A stretch of 64,000 nucleotides of DNA from Escherichia coli (GTDB taxonomy: Bacteria > Pseudomonadota > Gammaproteobacteria > Enterobacterales > Enterobacteriaceae). The notes below the pieces were generated by a model. It was not told the origin of the DNA. It saw only the letters and a list, made by a program, of their open reading frames with translations, and searched no databases. Positions 11,501-21,560 of this stretch are shown here, one piece after another; the stretch's first letter is position 1; every line of letters starts with the position of its first letter. The position numbers and the translations under genes are program-made. Location of the stretch: NCBI RefSeq assembly GCF_041248615.1, contig NZ_CP158426.1; one strand, written 5' to 3'.

Positions 11501-11656
11501 GGCACAGGTTTCACCGAAGACGCTAACAGTTTTACCTTTTACAGGTGAGTAAAACTGTTGCTCGGGAATACCAAAGATTGAGCGTTGTTGTTGGTATTCA
11601 TCAAATATGCGCGTCAAAAGTTCCTCAAACGGAATGGGACGCATAATATCCCCCAT
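8558..11656 (-). CDS. ygfK: Large Fe-S flavoprotein oxidoreductase (glutamate synthase small subunit / dihydropyrimidine dehydrogenase-like)
   Basis: 1032-aa ORF; Rossmann motif VAVIGAGPAGLAAGYFLARAGH; ferredoxin-type Cys clusters CLECNYVCSKCVDVCP and CNECGNCAQFCP. Confidence 0.9.
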   Translation of the reverse strand: MGDIMRPIPFEELLTRIFDEYQQQRSIFGIPEQQFYSPVKGKTVSVFGETCATPVGPAAGPHTQLAQNIVTSWLTGGRFIELKTVQILDRLELEKPCIDAEDECFNTEWSTEFTLLKAWDEYLKAWFALHLLEAMFQPSDSGKSFIFNMSVGYNLEGIKQPPMQQFIDNMMDASDHPKFAQYRDTLNKLLQDDAFLARHGLQEKRESLQALPARIPTSMVHGVTLSTMHGCPPHEIEAICRYMLEEKGLNTFVKLNPTLLGYARVREILDVCGFGYIGLKEESFDHDLKLTQALEMLERLMALAKEKSLGFGVKLTNTLGTINNKGALPGEEMYMSGRALFPLSINVAAVLSRAFDGKLPISYSGGASQLTIRDIFDTGIRPITMATDLLKPGGYLRLSACMRELEGSDAWGLDHVDVERLNRLAADALTMEYTQKHWKPEERIEVAEDLPLTDCYVAPCVTACAIKQDIPEYIRLLGEHRYADALELIYQRNALPAITGHICDHQCQYNCTRLDYDSALNIRELKKVALEKGWDEYKQRWHKPAGSGSRHPVAVIGAGPAGLAAGYFLARAGHPVTLFEREANAGGVVKNIIPQFRIPAELIQHDIDFVAAHGVKFEYGCSPDLTIEQLKNQGFHYVLIATGTDKNSGVKLAGDNQNVWKSLPFLREYNKGTALKLGKHVVVVGAGNTAMDCARAALRVPGVEKATIVYRRSLQEMPAWREEYEEALHDGVEFRFLNNPERFDADGTLTLRVMSLGEPDEKGRRRPVETNETVTLLVDSLITAIGEQQDTEALNAMGVPLDKNGWPDVDHNGETRLTDVFMIGDVQRGPSSIVAAVGTARRATDAILSRENIRSHQNDKYWNNVNPAEIYQRKGDISITLVNSDDRDAFVAQEAARCLECNYVCSKCVDVCPNRANVSIAVPGFQNRFQTLHLDAYCNECGNCAQFCPWNGKPYKDKITVFSLAQDFDNSSNPGFLVEDCRVRVRLNNQSWVLNIDSKGQFNNVPPELNDMCRIISHVHQHHHYLLGRVEV

Positions 11657-11977
11657 AACCCTCTCCTTAGCTTATACAGATATCATTGAGTGACCGGTGT
11701 TGAGAAATCCGGTGGTTTAGGGGGATAGAGCAACAATCGCACCACTCTTGCCAGGTTTGGCGGGAAATATAAAAAAATGTGAGGCGGCTCGAAACTTAAG
11801 GGCTTTTTGTGAATGAACTCACAGGTGCTAAATGAGAATTAAAATCACTCCTGAAAATTATTATTGCCAGCCCATTTATCAATTTTTCTCTTTTCTCAAA
11901 ATCAGTGATTCCTTATCATTATGATAATGAGTGCCGGAAGGATTAAATATTTGAACGCAATCGTTTAACTACGTTTT

Positions 11978-12556
11978 CTAAATTTCAGTATACCTTTCCT
12001 TCGCTGTAATAAAGTCGTCCGGAGTATCAATATCTAAAATTATTTCTGCATTTTCTATTTCGACGGAATAATGATCTCCCATAAGGAGTGCCTGACGCAT
12101 ATTGGTGACATTGGGTCGTTGGATTGCCTGCATCAGGCATGGTTTTGACACTAAAATCGGATGGCCGGGGATGCCATTATGGAGTGGCAGTATTGCGCCA
12201 TCATTTCGTAACGACCAGATTTTTCTAAAAATATCGATGGTGAGGGTTGGCATGTCACCGTGGGTGAGAAAACAATGTTCTGTTTGCACTGCGGGTACTG
12301 CGGCCTTGACGGATGTTAGTAAACCCTGCGCATAATCTGGGTTGTGAATAATAGTGATATTGCTCTGGTTCGCATAACGTTCGTGCAGTTCATTACCACG
12401 ATAGCCGGTGACTAAAATAATTCGGCTACAAAACTGCAACGCATTTTTGATACTTGTATCAAGAATTGTTCCCTGTTCCCAGGGTAACATCATTTTCCAT
12501 TGCCCCATTCTTGATGATAATCCGGCAGCGGTAATTATACAGTCGATGGCTGACAT
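11978..12556 (-). CDS. mocA: Molybdenum cofactor cytidylyltransferase
   Basis: 192-aa ORF starting MSAIDCIITAAGLSSRMG (MobA-like nucleotidyltransferase N-terminus). Confidence 0.85.
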   Translation of the reverse strand: MSAIDCIITAAGLSSRMGQWKMMLPWEQGTILDTSIKNALQFCSRIILVTGYRGNELHERYANQSNITIIHNPDYAQGLLTSVKAAVPAVQTEHCFLTHGDMPTLTIDIFRKIWSLRNDGAILPLHNGIPGHPILVSKPCLMQAIQRPNVTNMRQALLMGDHYSVEIENAEIILDIDTPDDFITAKERYTEI

Positions 12557-12658
12557 AGTGGTTCCATTATTTATAGGGGCTAATAACGCCTGATAATTGC
12601 GTTACTTCCTGATGGATTAAGTTGGGGATAATTTATCCCAGAGAGGTCATAAAGACGC

Positions 12659-13429
12659 GTGAAAAGTATAGTTGACCCATCGGCATTAGTCATTGATTTA
12701 GGTGCGCAGAAACGTCCCACTGTGATTTCTGTTGTTGGTGCTGGGGGGAAAACCAGCTTGCTTTTTTGGCTGGCAGAACTGCTCCAGGCTAGCGGCAGGC
12801 GTGTGTTAATCACGACGACGACACATATGTTTATGCCAACGTCTCACTGGCCCGTGGTTTTCTGTCGTGATCCCGCCATGCTTCCTCATGCGTCTCTTAC
12901 ATCCCCCATTTCATTTTGTTTTCACAGCTGGAAAGCGAACCAGGGAAAAGTGCAGGGATTTACGCCAGAAGCGATTGATGCACTGGTGCAACGACCAGAG
13001 TGTGACGTAATTCTCATTGAAGCAGATGGCTCGCGTGGAATGCCGTTAAAAGCGCCTGATGAGCACGAACCTTGCATACCCAAAAGCAGTTGCTGCGTGA
13101 TTGCTGTGATGGGAGGACATACTTTGGGCGCGAAAGTGAGCACAGAAAATGTCCATCGCTGGTCGCAGTTTGCTGATATTACCGGGTTAACACCTGATGC
13201 AACCTTGCAACTGAGCGATCTCGTTGCGCTGGTTCGCCACCCTCAGGGGGCGTTTAAAAACGTACCGCAAGGTTGTCGGCGAGTCTGGTTCATTAACCGT
13301 TTTTCTCAATGTGAGAATGCGATTGCACAAAGTGAGCTCCTTCAACCGCTGCAACAACACGACGTAGAGGCAATCTGGCTGGGCGATATACAAGAACATC
13401 CTGCAATCGCGCGCAGATTTGTGAATTAG
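12659..13429 (+). CDS. yqeC: P-loop protein of the selenium-dependent molybdenum hydroxylase accessory set (YqeC family)
   Basis: 256-aa ORF with GTG start; Walker A-like VVGAGGKTS. Confidence 0.8.
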   Translation: MKSIVDPSALVIDLGAQKRPTVISVVGAGGKTSLLFWLAELLQASGRRVLITTTTHMFMPTSHWPVVFCRDPAMLPHASLTSPISFCFHSWKANQGKVQGFTPEAIDALVQRPECDVILIEADGSRGMPLKAPDEHEPCIPKSSCCVIAVMGGHTLGAKVSTENVHRWSQFADITGLTPDATLQLSDLVALVRHPQGAFKNVPQGCRRVWFINRFSQCENAIAQSELLQPLQQHDVEAIWLGDIQEHPAIARRFVN

Positions 13430-13476
13430 CGGCCCGGGTATTCCGGGTTACTGAAAGGATATCCATTGAGGTTGGT

Positions 13477-15102
13477 ATGAATATTTTCACAGAGGCTGCA
13501 AAACTCGAAGAGCAAAATTGTCCGTTTGCTATGGCGCAAATTGTTGATAGCCGAGGCTCGACTCCCCGCCATTCTGCACAAATGTTAGTGCGCGCCGATG
13601 GTTCTATCGTCGGTACAATTGGTGGCGGAATGGTTGAGCGGAAGGTGATTGAAGAGTCGCTTCAGGCATTGCAGGAACGTAAGCCGCGATTATTCCATGG
13701 ACGTATGGCTCGTAACGGTGCGGATGCTGTCGGGTCAGATTGTGGAGGTGCAATGTCAGTATTTATCAGCGTCCATGGTATGCGTCCACGTCTGGTGTTG
13801 ATTGGCGCGGGGCATGTCAACCGGGCGATAGCCCAGAGTGCGGCGCTATTAGGATTTGATATTGCCGTTGCTGATATTTATCGCGAAAGCCTCAATCCTG
13901 AACTATTCCCACCATCAACCACGCTTCTCCATGCTGAGTCGTTTGGTGCGGCAGTGGAAGCACTGGATATTCGCCCTGATAATTTTGTCCTGATTGCCAC
14001 GAATAATCAGGATCGTGAAGCCCTCGACAAACTCATTGAACAGCCCATTGCATGGTTGGGGTTGCTGGCAAGTCGTCGCAAGGTTCAGCTTTTCCTGCGT
14101 CAATTGCGTGAGAAAGGCGTGGCTGAAGAACATATTGCCCGTTTACATGCGCCCGTTGGTTACAACATAGGTGCGGAAACGCCGCAGGAGATCGCCATCA
14201 GCGTGCTGGCAGAAATATTACAGGTGAAAAATAACGCGCCGGGTGGGCTGATGATGAAACCTTCTCATCCTTCCGGACACCAGCTGGTGGTGATTCGCGG
14301 TGCGGGAGATATCGCCAGTGGTGTGGCGCTACGTCTGTATCATGCGGGTTTTAAAGTGATCATGCTGGAAGTGGAAAAACCGACAGTGATTCGTTGTACC
14401 GTGGCGTTTGCCCAGGCCGTGTTCGATGGCGAAATGACGGTCGAAGGCGTCACTGCTCGCCTGGCAACCAGCTCTGCGGAAGCGATGAAACTTACCGAAC
14501 GCGGATTCATTCCTGTGATGGTAGATCCCGCCTGTTCATTGCTTGATGAACTGAAACCGCTTTGCGTGGTGGACGCTATTCTGGCGAAACAGAATTTGGG
14601 AACGCGGGCAGATATGGCACCAGTAACAATCGCGCTTGGGCCGGGCTTTACTGCTGGGAAGGATTGTCATGCGGTAATTGAAACAAATCGCGGGCACTGG
14701 CTCGGTCAGGTGATTTACTCTGGTTGTGCGCAGGAGAATACCGGTGTTCCTGGCAATATTATGGGGCATACCACCCGACGGGTGATCCGTGCTCCTGCTG
14801 CAGGCATTATGCGATCCAACGTGAAATTAGGCGATCTGGTGAAAGAGGGCGATGTGATTGCCTGGATTGGTGAGCATGAAATTAAAGCACCGTTGACGGG
14901 GATGGTGCGTGGCTTGTTGAACGACGGCCTGGCAGTGGTTGGTGGTTTTAAAATTGGTGATATCGATCCTCGTGGTGAAACCGCTGATTTCACCAGCGTT
15001 TCTGATAAAGCCCGGGCGATTGGCGGCGGCGTACTTGAGGCGTTAATGATGTTGATGCATCAGGGCGTGAAAGCGACAAAAGAAGTGCTGGAAGTGGCTT
15101 AA
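13477..15102 (+). CDS. yqeB: XdhC/CoxI-like accessory protein (YqeB family)
   Basis: 541-aa ORF with tandem XdhC-like domains and Rossmann-like LIGAGHV / VIRGAGDIASG segments. Confidence 0.8.
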   Translation: MNIFTEAAKLEEQNCPFAMAQIVDSRGSTPRHSAQMLVRADGSIVGTIGGGMVERKVIEESLQALQERKPRLFHGRMARNGADAVGSDCGGAMSVFISVHGMRPRLVLIGAGHVNRAIAQSAALLGFDIAVADIYRESLNPELFPPSTTLLHAESFGAAVEALDIRPDNFVLIATNNQDREALDKLIEQPIAWLGLLASRRKVQLFLRQLREKGVAEEHIARLHAPVGYNIGAETPQEIAISVLAEILQVKNNAPGGLMMKPSHPSGHQLVVIRGAGDIASGVALRLYHAGFKVIMLEVEKPTVIRCTVAFAQAVFDGEMTVEGVTARLATSSAEAMKLTERGFIPVMVDPACSLLDELKPLCVVDAILAKQNLGTRADMAPVTIALGPGFTAGKDCHAVIETNRGHWLGQVIYSGCAQENTGVPGNIMGHTTRRVIRAPAAGIMRSNVKLGDLVKEGDVIAWIGEHEIKAPLTGMVRGLLNDGLAVVGGFKIGDIDPRGETADFTSVSDKARAIGGGVLEALMMLMHQGVKATKEVLEVA

Positions 15103-15322
15103 ATGAAAATGGCCGGATGGTATTACCCACCCGGCCTGAGACTGATGACAAACGCCAAATTGCCTGATGCGCTACGCTTATCAGGCCTACAAGTGCATTG
15201 CAATCTATTGAATTTGCGATGTTTTGTAGGACGGATAAGGCGCTCGCGCCGCATCCGGCATCAACAAAGCGCACTTACTTGACAATCTTTGGCCGGATGG
15301 TATTACCCACCCGGCCTTTAAA
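15103..15322. repeat. REP/BIME-type palindromic repeats flanked by two copies of a 26-bp hairpin GGCCGGATGGTATTACCCACCCGGCC
   Basis: Identical 26-bp palindromic units at about 15111-15136 and 15291-15316; REP-like GCCTGATGCGCTACGCTTATCAGGCCTAC and GTAGGACGGATAAGGCGCTCGCGCCGCATCCGGCA between the convergent yqeB and yqeA. Confidence 0.7.
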
Positions 15323-16255
15323 TTACTGACAAATCACCGTTCCTGTTTTGCCTTCAATCCCTTCTTTCGCTTTGCTCAATACGGTAATCAGTGCTTCACG
15401 ACCTGCGCGAGAGCGAGCAAACGAGGCGGCAGCTTCCACTTTAGGCAGCATAGAACCTTTCGCAAAATGACCTTCTTCGATAAAGCGTTCAGCATCACTT
15501 AATGACAGGCGATCGAGCCACTGTTCATTCTCTTTACCGAAGTTAATGGCCACTTTTTCTACCGCAGTCAGAATGATCAGCATATCGGCATCAATCATTT
15601 CTGCTAAACGGGCGCTGGCCCAGTCTTTATCGATAACCGCGCTGGCACCACGCAGATGGTTACCTTCACGAATAACAGGGATACCACCACCGCCAACGGT
15701 GATCACCACCTGACCTGCATCTACCAGAGCTTTAACCGTTTCTTTTTCAATGATATCAACCGGTTTTGGCGAGGCAACAACACGGCGATAGCCGCGACCA
15801 GCATCTTCTTTCAGAGTGTAACCCTGTTTTGTCAGTTGCTCTGCTTCTTGCTCGGTAAAGAACGAACCGATCGGCTTGGTCGGGTTGAGGAATGCCGGAT
15901 CGTTAGCGTCGACTTCGACCTGAGTAACCAGCGTTGCTACAGGTTTATTAATGCCCCGAGAAAGCAGTTCTTCTCTTAAAGCGTTTTGTAGATCGTAACC
16001 AATATAACCCTGGCTTAATGCAACACAGACAGACATCGGCAGCATTGGCGAGTGCGCTTCAGTTTTTGCGGCAGCTTCAAAGGCCTGGTTAATCATGCCC
16101 ACCTGCGGCCCGTTACCATGAGTGACGATAACTTCATGTCCCTGGGCAATTAAATCAACAATTGCCTGAGAAGTAATTTTTACCGCTTTCATTTGCCCGG
16201 CCAGGTCATCGCCCAGCGCATTCCCGCCCAGGGCGAGAACAATTTTCTTACTCAT
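15323..16255 (-). CDS. yqeA: Carbamate kinase-like protein
   Basis: 310-aa ORF; N-terminal KIVLALGGNALG as in carbamate kinases. Confidence 0.85.
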   Translation of the reverse strand: MSKKIVLALGGNALGDDLAGQMKAVKITSQAIVDLIAQGHEVIVTHGNGPQVGMINQAFEAAAKTEAHSPMLPMSVCVALSQGYIGYDLQNALREELLSRGINKPVATLVTQVEVDANDPAFLNPTKPIGSFFTEQEAEQLTKQGYTLKEDAGRGYRRVVASPKPVDIIEKETVKALVDAGQVVITVGGGGIPVIREGNHLRGASAVIDKDWASARLAEMIDADMLIILTAVEKVAINFGKENEQWLDRLSLSDAERFIEEGHFAKGSMLPKVEAAASFARSRAGREALITVLSKAKEGIEGKTGTVICQ

Positions 16256-16302
16256 TTTTCCTCACTCATCATTCTTGATTGTGTATAGATCCCTGGCAGT
16301 GG

Positions 16303-17688
16303 TTAGAGCACGGGAGGGACAAACGGTTTGCGTCGCAGGAAACGACCTCGCCCGGCTTTGCCTGTAAAGGTGCCGTCACAGAAAATCGTTTCACCACGGG
16401 ATAAGGTTCTGACAATCGCGCCCTGACAGGTAAAACCCTCCCATGGCGAGTAGTCGGCGTTGTCGTGGAGATGGCGATGCTGAATTTGTTGGCTCTGACG
16501 TGGGTCGATAATCACCACGTCGCCGTCGGAACCGGGCGCTAATAATCCTTTTTGCGGCCACAGGCCAAACAACCTGGCGGGCATTGCGCTGGTTAATTCA
16601 ACAAAGCGTTCCGGTGTTATACGTCCCGTCATCACGCCACTGGAAAACAGTAACTGCATGCGGTTTTCCACACCGGGTAAGCCATTTGGGCAGCGACTGA
16701 AATCGCCTTTAGAAATTTGCAGGCGTTGAGCCATCGAGAAGGTGCAGTGATCGGTTGCCACCACGTCAATCGCACCATCGCTGATGCCACACCACAGTTT
16801 GTCCTGCTCGCGTACGTTACGCAGCGGTGGGCTAAGAATGAACTTCATGCCATCTTCTGTATCGTAACTGCGTTCGTCCAACAGGAGATATTGTGGGCAG
16901 GTTTCAACCCAGACTGGCTGGTGATTCGCACGGGCAAGACGCAGATAATCCAGACCTAAGCCGTTAGACAGGTGCACGATATAGAGCGGGGCGTTACCGG
17001 CAATTTGTGCCAGGTTAATCATGCGGGCGATGGCTTCCGCTTCGCATTCCAGAGGGCGACTCAAGGCATGATAGCGCGGCGCGGTTAACCCTGCGGCGAT
17101 AAATTCCGCCCGCTTGCTGGCGATAGCCGCATCATTTTCCGGGTGCACGGTGGTCAGCGCGCCGGATTCATGCAAGCGGCGTAATGCCTGCAAAACCTCG
17201 TCATCGTTGAGTTTGTATTGATAGGTTAAATAGAGTTTAAAACTGCTCAGTCCTTCCTCGACCATCATCGGGATTTCGTCGAGGATTGCGTGATTAATGT
17301 GCTGGATCACACCGTGAAAGCTGTAATCGATGACCGCTTTATGGGCGGCATAACCACGATAAACCTCCAGTTGATGGCGTAACCGACAGCCGTTTGGGCC
17401 AAATCCCATATGGTCAATAATGGTTGTTGTACCGCCACACGCAGCTGCGCGGGTACCGGTAAAAAAATCATCACAACTGCGCGCGATGCCGACATCAATA
17501 TTGAAATGCGTATGGACATCCACGCCGCCAGGGAAAACGTAACAGCCAGTGGCATCAATTTCTTCATACGGGAGCTGCGGCGAAATATTGTTGCCCAACT
17601 GGCGAACAATCCCGCTTTCAATCAGCAAATCCTGTTTGGCTTGTCCATCTGCGTTAACGACAGTGCCGTTTTTGATCAATACGCGCAT
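16303..17688 (-). CDS. hyuA: D-hydantoinase / dihydropyrimidinase-like cyclic amidohydrolase
   Basis: ORF track 16303..17700; start set at MRVLIKNGTVV; metal-binding GGVDVHTHF motif. Confidence 0.85.
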   Translation of the reverse strand: MRVLIKNGTVVNADGQAKQDLLIESGIVRQLGNNISPQLPYEEIDATGCYVFPGGVDVHTHFNIDVGIARSCDDFFTGTRAAACGGTTTIIDHMGFGPNGCRLRHQLEVYRGYAAHKAVIDYSFHGVIQHINHAILDEIPMMVEEGLSSFKLYLTYQYKLNDDEVLQALRRLHESGALTTVHPENDAAIASKRAEFIAAGLTAPRYHALSRPLECEAEAIARMINLAQIAGNAPLYIVHLSNGLGLDYLRLARANHQPVWVETCPQYLLLDERSYDTEDGMKFILSPPLRNVREQDKLWCGISDGAIDVVATDHCTFSMAQRLQISKGDFSRCPNGLPGVENRMQLLFSSGVMTGRITPERFVELTSAMPARLFGLWPQKGLLAPGSDGDVVIIDPRQSQQIQHRHLHDNADYSPWEGFTCQGAIVRTLSRGETIFCDGTFTGKAGRGRFLRRKPFVPPVL

Positions 17689-17740
17689 AGCAAACTCCAA
17701 AAACCCTCCGGCGAACCGGAGGGGAATAAGTGAAGAGTAA

Positions 17741-18952
17741 TTACTCTGTTGCCAGCCAGCTTAACGGGATTGCAGCGTACATCGCGGCACAGGTCACCAG
17801 GTGAGATTTCCAGGTTTTTTCGTTAGGTGCATGCGCTTCAGGTTCTTTACCCGGGCCAAAGCCGATCACCGGAATGCCGTGACGGCCCATGATAGATACG
17901 CCGTTAGTTGAGAAGGTCCACTTATCAACAACCGGCGCTTTGCCAAACAGCCCTTCGTAGGCATTCACCAGTGCTTTAACGGTGAAGTGATCTTCTTCCA
18001 CTTTCCAGGTCGGGAAGTAGCATTCGGTTGGGTAAACCAGGCCAGTCCAGGACGGACGGTCGTAGTTGTACATAGAAACAACCGCGTTAGCTTTCTGTAC
18101 TGCAGGCAGGGCGCGGATTTCGTCCAGCGCGCCTTCCCAGGTTTCGCCCCAGGTCAGACGACGGTCGATTGAAACTGCGCAGCTGTCTGCTACAGCGCAA
18201 CGGCTTGGGGATGTGAAGAAGATTTCAGAAACGGTGAGGGTGCCTTTGCCGAGGAATTCGTCATAACCCAGACGTTGGGAGAGTTCTTGTAATTCGCCAA
18301 GAATCGGACCCATTTTGAAAATGGCGTTATCACCGCGTTCTGGTGCAGAACCGTGGCAGCTAACACCCTGAACATCAATACGAATTTCCATACGACCGCG
18401 CTGACCACGGTATACCTGGCAGTCGGTTGGTTCGGTACTGACCACAAATTCCGGGCGAATGCCGGATTGTTCAATAATGTACTGCCAGCACAGACCGTCG
18501 CAGTCTTCTTCCTGCACCGTACCGGTAACCAGCAGGGTATATTCATCTTCCAGACCGAGGTCTTTAATGATTTTACCGGCATAAACCATAGAGGCCATGC
18601 CACCTTCCTGGTCGGAAGTACCGCGACCACCAATCAGTTCATCAGTTTCCATGCCTTCGTACGGATCGAAGTCCCAGTTTTTGATGTTGCCAATGCCGAC
18701 GGTATCGATATGAGCGTCCATTGCCACCAGACGCGGGCCGTGGCCGATATAACCGAGAACGTTGCCCATCGGGTCGATTTCAACTTTATCGAAGCCGACT
18801 TTTTCCATCTCTTCTTTAATACGATGTACTACGCGTTTCTCGTCGCAGCTTTCACTGGGAATAGCAACCATGTCGCGCAGGAAGCGAGTCATATCCGCCT
18901 GGTAATCTTTTGCTTTTTCAAGAATCAGTTTGAATGGAATATTCTTAGCCAT
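17741..18952 (-). CDS. ygeY: M20-family peptidase / amidohydrolase
   Basis: 403-aa ORF with ArgE/DapE-like organisation. Confidence 0.8.
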
Positions 18953-19009
18953 TATTTTTCTCCAGATTTTTTACTCCCCGTTTTGCAGGGAGCAGTTCCA
19001 ATAGGGTGA

Positions 19010-20206
19010 TTAAGGTGCTACAGCGTGTTTGCCTTCCCAGACAACTTCGCGGTAGTGCTTCACGTCGGTGTCGCCTTCAGTGCTGATAACCAGCACCACG
19101 GCATCTTTGTTCAGCGCCAGTTTTTCCATCAGGCTTTGACGTTGCGGGTGATAATGAACCGCTGCGAGAACGCCCAAACCGACAGCGCCGGATTCACCGG
19201 AGATGATGCGCGGGTCGTTGCCGTACGGATTACCCAGCACGCGCATACCTAATGCGGCAACGCTGTCCTGGCAGGAGATGAATTGGGTGGCGCAGTTACG
19301 TAGGATTTCCCAGCCCAGCGGGTTAGGTTCGCCACAGGCCAGGCCTGCCATGATGGTGGCCATATCACCGCCAACGTTGACGATGTCGCCTTTGACGCCG
19401 GAGCGATAAATACAGTCAGCTTTGTCAGGTTCAACAATAATGCTGTGCAGATTTTGCGGGCTATAGACGTCGACCAGATAACCCAGCACACCACCGGCCA
19501 TTGCTCCGACACCGGCTTGCAGCAGAACGTGCGTCGGGGTTACGCCCATTTCACGCATTTGCTCGACGGCTTCATCTGCCAGGGTTGCGTAGCCTTGCAT
19601 GATCCAGGTTGGGATTTTGGTGTAACCTTCCCATGCCGTGTCCTGTACCACTTCCCAGCCGTGCTGCTGCGCGTGTTGCATGGTCAGGCGAACGGTATCG
19701 TCATAGTTCATATCCGTGACGATGCACTCGGCACCGAGGTTCAGAATGGCGTCAACGCGTTCCTGAGCAGAACCTTTCGGCATGTAAATCACCGCATTCT
19801 GTCCGAGTTGCTGTGCTGCCCACGCCACACCGCGCCCGTGGTTGCCGTCGGTGGTGGTCGCGAAAGTCATTTTTTCGCCGATGGCATTTTTCAGGTGCTC
19901 AAATGACAGCGTTTCGATATCAAGATGATATTTTTCACACAATAATTGAGCGATGGCGTACGCACCGCCAAGCATTTTGAAGGCGTTCAGACCGAATCGT
20001 TTTGATTCGTCTTTGACGAGAATTTTCTTCACACCAAAAAGGTTTGCGAGATCGTCCAGCGCACAAAGCGGTGTTGGGCGATAACCAGCTATTTTCTGGT
20101 GGAACTGGCGCGCCAGTTTGGCCTGGCTTTGCGAAAAGAGCGGTGATGTTTCGCCGTTGAAAAATTTGTTATCGGCGATATCAATCTTCAATGAGAAAAC
20201 GGACAT
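19010..20206 (-). CDS. ygeX: Diaminopropionate ammonia-lyase (PLP-dependent)
   Basis: 398-aa ORF, fold-type II PLP enzyme-like. Confidence 0.85.
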   Translation of the reverse strand: MSVFSLKIDIADNKFFNGETSPLFSQSQAKLARQFHQKIAGYRPTPLCALDDLANLFGVKKILVKDESKRFGLNAFKMLGGAYAIAQLLCEKYHLDIETLSFEHLKNAIGEKMTFATTTDGNHGRGVAWAAQQLGQNAVIYMPKGSAQERVDAILNLGAECIVTDMNYDDTVRLTMQHAQQHGWEVVQDTAWEGYTKIPTWIMQGYATLADEAVEQMREMGVTPTHVLLQAGVGAMAGGVLGYLVDVYSPQNLHSIIVEPDKADCIYRSGVKGDIVNVGGDMATIMAGLACGEPNPLGWEILRNCATQFISCQDSVAALGMRVLGNPYGNDPRIISGESGAVGLGVLAAVHYHPQRQSLMEKLALNKDAVVLVISTEGDTDVKHYREVVWEGKHAVAP

Positions 20207-20263
20207 ATCCTATCCTTTTGGCCTCTGGAAATAGAGGGCCGACCAGCTGATCGGCCCGAGGGG

Positions 20264-21454
20264 TTATTTCACGCGTTCTTGCGCTTCTTTCAGCAGTTGC
20301 TCGAGCAGTGCACCTGGTTTGGCGTATTTACGGGACAGGATCATCGCGGCGATGATATAAGGCTTCCAGCTGGCTTCTTTGTAGGTAGCGATACGGTATT
20401 TTTCGAATACGCCTTCAGTCACTTCACCTTCTTTACAGGATACGCCGCTGATATCAGCTGGCAGGCAGTGCATGTACAGGGCTTCGCCATCACGGGTCAG
20501 TTCCATCATCTCTTCAGTACAATGCCAGTCTTTGTGTTGCGCGTTCTGTGCCAGACACTGTTTTTCCAGTGCTTTTAAGCCTTCGTGATCGTTCGCACGC
20601 AGCAATTCAGTACGCTCTTCCATCACTTTGTAAGGTGCCCATGACTTCGGATAAACGATGTCTGCGTCTTTGAAGGCTTCTTCCATGCTGGTGACCTGAC
20701 GGAAGCTACCACCGGAGGCTTTAGCATTGTTTTTCGCCACTTCAACCACATCCGGGATCAGGTCGTAGCCTTCCGGATGGGCCAGGGTGACATCCATACC
20801 GAAGCGAGTCATCAGACCGATGATGCCTTGTGGTACAGAGAGCGGTTTGCCATAGCTTGGAGAGTAGGCCCAGGTCATGGCGATTTTTTTACCTTTCAGG
20901 TTTTCCAGTGAACCAAAGTGTTCACGTAACCACGCGAGGTCAGCCATTGACTGAGTCGGGTGGTCAATATCGCATTGCAGGTTCACTAAAGCCGGACGCT
21001 GTGGCAGTACACCCTGCTTGTAACCGTCATCAAGTGCAGCGCCAACTTCACGCATATAGGCGTTGCCTGCGCCCAGATACATATCGTCGCGAATACCAAT
21101 AGCGTCGGCGCAGAAGGAGATCATATTGGCGGTTTCACGCACGGTTTCGCCGTGAGCGATTTGTGATTTGCCTTCGTCGAGATCTTGTTGTGCAAGGCCG
21201 AGCAGGTTAAGCGCGGAAGCATAAGAGAAGCGGGTACGGGTGGAGTTGTCGCGGAATACGGAAATACCTAATCCACTATTAAAGACTTTGGTTGAGATGT
21301 TTTCAGCACGCAGTGCTTTTAATGCTGCGGCAACGTCCAGTACTTGTTTCAGTTCATCTGGCGTCTGTTCCCACGTTAACAAAAAATCTTTCTCGTGAAG
21401 GTGAGAGGTCAGCGAATTGATATCCTTAATCAGCTCATTAACAGTTTTCATCAT
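20264..21454 (-). CDS. ygeW: Carbamoyltransferase (ornithine/aspartate transcarbamylase-like)
   Basis: 396-aa ORF; carbamoyl-phosphate-binding STRTR motif (DNSTRTRFS). Confidence 0.85.
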   Translation of the reverse strand: MMKTVNELIKDINSLTSHLHEKDFLLTWEQTPDELKQVLDVAAALKALRAENISTKVFNSGLGISVFRDNSTRTRFSYASALNLLGLAQQDLDEGKSQIAHGETVRETANMISFCADAIGIRDDMYLGAGNAYMREVGAALDDGYKQGVLPQRPALVNLQCDIDHPTQSMADLAWLREHFGSLENLKGKKIAMTWAYSPSYGKPLSVPQGIIGLMTRFGMDVTLAHPEGYDLIPDVVEVAKNNAKASGGSFRQVTSMEEAFKDADIVYPKSWAPYKVMEERTELLRANDHEGLKALEKQCLAQNAQHKDWHCTEEMMELTRDGEALYMHCLPADISGVSCKEGEVTEGVFEKYRIATYKEASWKPYIIAAMILSRKYAKPGALLEQLLKEAQERVK

Positions 21455-21544
21455 AAAGTCCCGGTAGTGGAATGACAGGCAAAGTGGTTTATTTCACTGT
21501 GACTTGCCAAAGTGATTGGTGTTTTCACAGCTATACCTGGGACT

Positions 21545-21560
21545 AACAATAAGTGTGCCA
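21545..21560 (-). promoter_or_regulatory. Candidate sigma54 (-24/-12) promoter for the ygeW operon
   Basis: Minus strand reads TGGCAC-actta-TTGTT, about 90 bp upstream of the ygeW start. The -24 element is perfect; the -12 element is TTGT instead of TTGC. ygeV next door encodes a sigma54 activator. Confidence 0.35.
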
